Assembly: GCA_963932905.1 (NCBI GenBank)
Contig: CAWVRN010000003.1
Span: 192,001-256,000, forward strand
Direction of reading: 5' to 3'
Length of the DNA: 64,000 nt
Origin: an uncultured Bdellovibrio sp.
GTDB taxonomy: Bacteria; Bdellovibrionota; Bdellovibrionia; Bdellovibrionales; Bdellovibrionaceae
The translations under genes were made by a program, and so were the position numbers. A model generated the notes under the pieces. That model was not told where the DNA came from. It saw only the letters and a list, made by a program, of their open reading frames with translations, and searched no databases. Every line of letters starts with the position of its first letter. Within the stretch, counting starts at the first letter, position 1. Of this stretch, positions 59,321 to 64,000 are shown in pieces.

Positions 59321-59328
59321 AAATCCCT

Positions 59329-62300
59329 CTAATTATTTTTAATTTCCAGAAAGTCCGTTCGTCCAAAACGGGAATGAATTTTTTCAAACAGATCGTTATT
59401 CACACTGACACCCGTAATGTCCGGATGATCAATTTCGATCACGCGATCATAATCTTGCAATTTCATTTTTAACGTCAGCGGCGTGTTACCTTTACTTTCA
59501 ATCAGTAGATCACTTAATAATTTAAGTTCGTCCTCCGTGAACGATTCTAAATTAAACACCACTCGTTTTGATTTTTTAATAATATCTTCTAACGGCACCA
59601 TGTTATCGACGATAATTTTAATGGCACCTTCAGAATCTTCTAAATTTCCGCCCACAAGTAGCGGTTTATCCGATTTCAAATCCCCTTCATGTTTGGCAAA
59701 CACATCTGGGAAAATGACCAGTTCGCACGATCCATACAGATCTTCTAATTTACCGAACGCCATACGCGTTCCTTTTTTCGTGATCATTTCTTTGAATTCA
59801 GCAATGATTCCCGACAGGATCACACGACGTTTTGGCTCGCGACGTTTATCACGATCTGACAACGGCGGCGTCCCCGCATCTTCCGCAGCTTGACGTTTCT
59901 TTCGCAGATCTTCAGCGATTGTGCCCAAATTTCCGTTCGTCCACACTTCCGCTAGTTTTTCATATCCATTCAGCGGGTGGTCACTGAGGTAGAACCCCAG
60001 AACTTCTTTCTCGTAGGAAAGTGTCGTCGTCCGACCCCATTTTTCAATATCGGGTAACACCGTCGATTTATCGGCTGTTTCATCCAAATCAAAGAACGAG
60101 GATTGACCCAGTTCACGATTTTTTTGAGTCACAAGTGCCGCATCTAAGAACGCTGAATAGCCAGACAATAACTGCGCCCGGTGGAATCCAAAACCATCCA
60201 TTGCCCCGGCTTTAATTAAATTCTCGATGACCTTTTTATTTACTTTACGAAGATCCACGCTTTCAAAGAAATCATCTAGGCTGGCAAATTTTTTACCTTC
60301 TTTTTTATTACGCGCTTCTAGAATCGAATCCACCGCTGCGGACCCCACACCTTTGATCGCACCTAAACCAAAGAAGACACCTTCGGATGTTACGTTGAAC
60401 AAATATTCCGACACATTGATATGCGGAGGTAAAACTTTAATACCATGTTTCTGACAGTCCTTAACGTACTTAACGACTTTGTCGGTATCACCAATCTCGG
60501 TCGATAGTAACGCAGCAAAAAATTCGCCCGGGTAATGATGCTTTACCCACGCCGTTTGTGCGGTGATAACTGAATACGCGGCCGCATGCGATTTATTGAA
60601 ACCGTAGTCGGCGAATTTATACATTAACTCGAATAATTCTTCTGATTTTTTTACATCATGGCCCTTTTCTTTGGCCCCTTTTAAGAAACGGATACGATGC
60701 TGATCCATTTCTTCTTTGATTTTTTTACCCATCGCACGGCGAAGCATATCGGCTTCACCCAGGGAATAGCCCGCAATAATCGAGGCAATACCCATAACTT
60801 GCTCTTGGTAGACCATGATACCATAGGTCTCTTCTAAGACTTTCTTTGTATCCTCTAACAGGTATTCGATCGGAGCTTCTTTATGTTTACGTTTTGTGTA
60901 TTCCGGGATGTTCGCCATCGGACCCGGTCGGTACAGCGACGTGATCGCTGTGATATCAGCAAAACTCGATGGTTTAATTTTACGAGTCGCATCCGTGATA
61001 CCTTCACCCTCGAACTGGAAAATCCCAGCCGTGTCACCGCGTGAAAGCAGTTCGTAGATTTTAGGGTCATTGATGTTTATAAGATTACTTTTTATTTCTT
61101 TGCCATGATTCTTTTTAATCATCTGCAAAGCATAGTGAATATGAGTCAGGGTCTTTAAACCCAAGAAGTCGAACTTGATCAGTCCAATTTTTTCAGCATG
61201 CTTCATGTCGTACTGAACGACGTTTTCACCATCAGCACCTTTGTACAGTGGTGCATGAGTCACCAGCTGACCATCAGCAATGATTACACCAGCCGCATGG
61301 ATACCCGCATGACGAACAAGACCTTCCACACGTTGAGCTAAATCTAACAACGTTGCGACGGTCGGATTCATATCCGCCATCTCTTGAATTCGCGGCTCCA
61401 TCTCCAGAGCTTCTTTCAAATTGATACCTAATTTGTCGGGAATTAGTTTTGTTACCAAATCCACTTCGGCAAATGTCAAACCAAGCACGCGACCGACGTC
61501 TTTGATCGCCGCACGCGCTTGTAATTTTCCATACGTGATGATTTGCGATACCGATTGAACGCCGTATTTTTGCGTTACGTAATTGATCACTTCGCCACGA
61601 CGATCTTGACAGAAATCGATATCGAAATCGGGCATGCTGATACGTTCAGGATTTAAGAAACGCTCAAACAGTAGGAAATTAGGAAGAGGATCTAAATCCG
61701 TAATTCTTAACGAGTACGCGACGATCGAGCCCGCACCCGAACCCCGGCCAGGGCCAACAGGGATATCATTATTTTTCGCCCAATTGATAAAGTCTTGGAC
61801 GATCAAGAAGTAACCGTTGAAACCCATCTTGTCGATGACAGCTAATTCGAAATTTAAGCGATCGATGTAAACAGGCTCTTGCTCTTTAGGAATTTCTTCA
61901 CCGCGCAATTTCGCTTCTTCAAATCTCTGTTTTAATCCTTCAAGGGACTTAACCGCCATCTCTTCTTTAACAGAACGACCGCCTTCCGTTGGGAACGTAG
62001 GCAAATGGTAAATGGCTTTACCGTTGGCATCCTTTAGATTGAATTTAATATTAATGCTATCGGCGATCAATTGCGTGTTCGTCACCGCTTCAGGGATATC
62101 GGCGAACAATTCATGCATTACATGCGGTGCTTTGAAATAAAATTCATTGCTGCCTAGTTTATAACGAGACTCATCGGATAAAGTTCTATTCGTACCAATA
62201 CAAATCAAAACTTCCTGTGCGACTTGATCTTCTTGATTCAAATAATGAACATCATTACCCGCCACGACTGGAATTTCCAATTTTCGGCTTAAACCAATCA

Positions 62301-62877
62301 AGAAATTATCTACGTCAGAGCCACGCATATGAATCGTACGACTTAATTCGATATAAAAATTAGCACCAAAGATTTCTTTTAGGCGAACGGCTTTAGCTTC
62401 CGCCGCGTCGGCGCCTTCTTTTAAGAACGTATCGATCAATTCACCACGGTTACCACCGCTTAGGGCAATTAGATTTTCAGAGTATTTCTTAAGAACTTCG
62501 TAATCAATACGTGGCTTCCAATAGAAACCCTCTTGATAACCGATCGAGCTTAATTGACATAGATTACGATAACCTTCGATATTTTTCGCCAGCAACACCA
62601 ACCGTCTAGGCCCCATAAAGGCATCACGGTCTGCTTTTTTCTCTAACCGGTTTTCACAAACGTAGGCATCAAGACCCAGGATAGGATTTACGCCCGCATC
62701 TTTACAGGCAAAATAAAACTCGATCGCACCGAACATAGAACCATTGTCCGTTAACGCCACCGCCGTCATACCCATCTCAGCTGCTTTTTTAGCAATCTGT
62801 TTTACGCGCGGTGAAGCTTCGAGTAACGAGTACTCGGAATGCACGTGTAAATGTACAAAAGGTATTTTTTCAGACAT
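59329..62877 (-). CDS. dnaE: DNA polymerase III alpha subunit
   Basis: PHP HLHVHSEYS, GRGSGAGS, MPDFDIDF, KFDFLGL, YGFNKSH. Confidence 0.98.
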   Translation of the reverse strand: MSEKIPFVHLHVHSEYSLLEASPRVKQIAKKAAEMGMTAVALTDNGSMFGAIEFYFACKDAGVNPILGLDAYVCENRLEKKADRDAFMGPRRLVLLAKNIEGYRNLCQLSSIGYQEGFYWKPRIDYEVLKKYSENLIALSGGNRGELIDTFLKEGADAAEAKAVRLKEIFGANFYIELSRTIHMRGSDVDNFLIGLSRKLEIPVVAGNDVHYLNQEDQVAQEVLICIGTNRTLSDESRYKLGSNEFYFKAPHVMHELFADIPEAVTNTQLIADSINIKFNLKDANGKAIYHLPTFPTEGGRSVKEEMAVKSLEGLKQRFEEAKLRGEEIPKEQEPVYIDRLNFELAVIDKMGFNGYFLIVQDFINWAKNNDIPVGPGRGSGAGSIVAYSLRITDLDPLPNFLLFERFLNPERISMPDFDIDFCQDRRGEVINYVTQKYGVQSVSQIITYGKLQARAAIKDVGRVLGLTFAEVDLVTKLIPDKLGINLKEALEMEPRIQEMADMNPTVATLLDLAQRVEGLVRHAGIHAAGVIIADGQLVTHAPLYKGADGENVVQYDMKHAEKIGLIKFDFLGLKTLTHIHYALQMIKKNHGKEIKSNLININDPKIYELLSRGDTAGIFQFEGEGITDATRKIKPSSFADITAITSLYRPGPMANIPEYTKRKHKEAPIEYLLEDTKKVLEETYGIMVYQEQVMGIASIIAGYSLGEADMLRRAMGKKIKEEMDQHRIRFLKGAKEKGHDVKKSEELFELMYKFADYGFNKSHAAAYSVITAQTAWVKHHYPGEFFAALLSTEIGDTDKVVKYVKDCQKHGIKVLPPHINVSEYLFNVTSEGVFFGLGAIKGVGSAAVDSILEARNKKEGKKFASLDDFFESVDLRKVNKKVIENLIKAGAMDGFGFHRAQLLSGYSAFLDAALVTQKNRELGQSSFFDLDETADKSTVLPDIEKWGRTTTLSYEKEVLGFYLSDHPLNGYEKLAEVWTNGNLGTIAEDLRKKRQAAEDAGTPPLSDRDKRREPKRRVILSGIIAEFKEMITKKGTRMAFGKLEDLYGSCELVIFPDVFAKHEGDLKSDKPLLVGGNLEDSEGAIKIIVDNMVPLEDIIKKSKRVVFNLESFTEDELKLLSDLLIESKGNTPLTLKMKLQDYDRVIEIDHPDITGVSVNNDLFEKIHSRFGRTDFLEIKNN

Positions 62878-62880
62878 TAA

Positions 62881-64000
62881 CTATTCCCATTCTATCGTTG
62901 ACGGTGGTTTGCTAGTGATATCATACACCACGCGTGAAACACCTTTAACTTTGTTCGTGATACGACTTGAAATTTCTTTCAAATCTTTAGTTTCAAACTC
63001 AAACCAATCCGCTGTCATACCATCCGTCGCCGTGACGGCACGAATCGCTAGCACATTATCGTATGTGCGGCCATCGCCCATAACCCCAACCGTTTGCACT
63101 GGAGTCAACACACAGAAAGCCTGCCATATTTTTGGATACAATTTCTTTTCTTTTAAATAATCGATGTAAATCGCATCGGCTTCTTTTAAGACCGCTAGTT
63201 TGTCTTTCGTCACTTCACCGATCACACGAATGCACAGACCAGGACCTGGGAACGGATGACGACCAATTAATTCTTCCGTCAAACCTAGTGCCGTTCCTAA
63301 CCGACGAACTTCATCTTTGAACAACATGCGAAACGGTTCCAGTAATTTGAAATTCAATTTTTCGGGCAGACCGCCTACGTTGTGATGCGATTTAATTGTA
63401 ACGGAAGATCCCGTGGTTGACACGCTTTCGATCACGTCTGGGTACAACGTCCCTTGCGCCAAGAAATGAATCGCGACTTTGTCTTGATCTAAAATACGCT
63501 TAACGGCTTTATCAAAAACTTCGATAAAGATACGGCCCACTGTTTTACGTTTTTTCTCAGGATCAGACAATCCCTTAAGACCTTCAAGAAATTCTTCAGA
63601 CGCATCCACCGGATGCAAGTTCAGTCCCAGGCTTTCATAAGACTTAATTACAGTTTCAAATTCATTTTTTCGTAGCAACCCATTATTCACAAAAACGCAG
63701 TACACGCGTTCTTTACCAAACACGCGTGTCAGCATCACAGCTAGAACGCTTGAATCCACGCCACCAGAAAGGGCACATAAGATATTTCGACTAGGCCCAA
63801 CTTCAGCACGCACGCGATCTTGAATTGATTTTAAGAAATCGTCGACTTGCCAATTTTTCTGAGCTTTTGTTTTATCGATAAAATAATGAAGAATCTCATC
63901 ACCACGTTGCGTGTGAACCACTTCCGGATGGAATTGAACGGCAAAAACAGAACCTTTTTCCATGGCGGCCGGATGATCATCGGTTTCTGCCGTGATCTGA
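62881..64000 (-). CDS. guaA: GMP synthase (5' part outside the window)
   Basis: QFHPEV, SGGVDS, QGTLYPD, IKSHHNVGG, KPPSTIEWE. Confidence 0.97.
   Translation of the reverse strand, partial: QITAETDDHPAAMEKGSVFAVQFHPEVVHTQRGDEILHYFIDKTKAQKNWQVDDFLKSIQDRVRAEVGPSRNILCALSGGVDSSVLAVMLTRVFGKERVYCVFVNNGLLRKNEFETVIKSYESLGLNLHPVDASEEFLEGLKGLSDPEKKRKTVGRIFIEVFDKAVKRILDQDKVAIHFLAQGTLYPDVIESVSTTGSSVTIKSHHNVGGLPEKLNFKLLEPFRMLFKDEVRRLGTALGLTEELIGRHPFPGPGLCIRVIGEVTKDKLAVLKEADAIYIDYLKEKKLYPKIWQAFCVLTPVQTVGVMGDGRTYDNVLAIRAVTATDGMTADWFEFETKDLKEISSRITNKVKGVSRVVYDITSKPPSTIEWE

Overview
Chromosomal window from a bacterium whose gene style suggests Bdellovibrionota or a related delta-proteobacterium (inference only). 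About 54.5 kb (1999-56510) is an integrative conjugative element (ICE) inserted in a tRNA-Val(GAC) gene and bounded by a perfect 61-bp direct repeat. Host genes lie to its right (lipB, two exported proteins, dnaE, truncated guaA). An internally deleted IS481-family relic and an orphan secreted protein lie to its left. From left to right the ICE carries: (i) a copper module (CopA, CueR with three operators, multicopper oxidase-barrel fusion, CusF-like, DUF305, ECF sigma regulon) and an acr3-arsH-arsC operon headed by a MerR-type rather than ArsR regulator; (ii) a second intact, sequence-distinct tRNA-Val(GAC) beside a relic att site, suggesting tandem accretion; (iii) a candidate defence pocket (two unknown genes plus a dGTPase); (iv) a long Czc / P1B-2 ATPase / SCO / Dsb operon; (v) SRAP and small ORFs; (vi) a tightly coupled six-gene operon (sigma54 activator, small protein, radical SAM/SPASM enzyme, secreted 114-aa protein, orphan peptide-type solute-binding protein, histidine kinase). 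This operon is divergent from (vii) a compact VirB-like transfer operon with an FtsK-type ATPase, a Replic_Relax-like protein, a DNA methyltransferase and a tyrosine integrase. Module (vi), with a palindrome and a sigma54-like promoter facing the transfer genes, is the best candidate for an undescribed system: modified-peptide signalling that controls ICE transfer. All calls come from motif reading only; no database searches were run.
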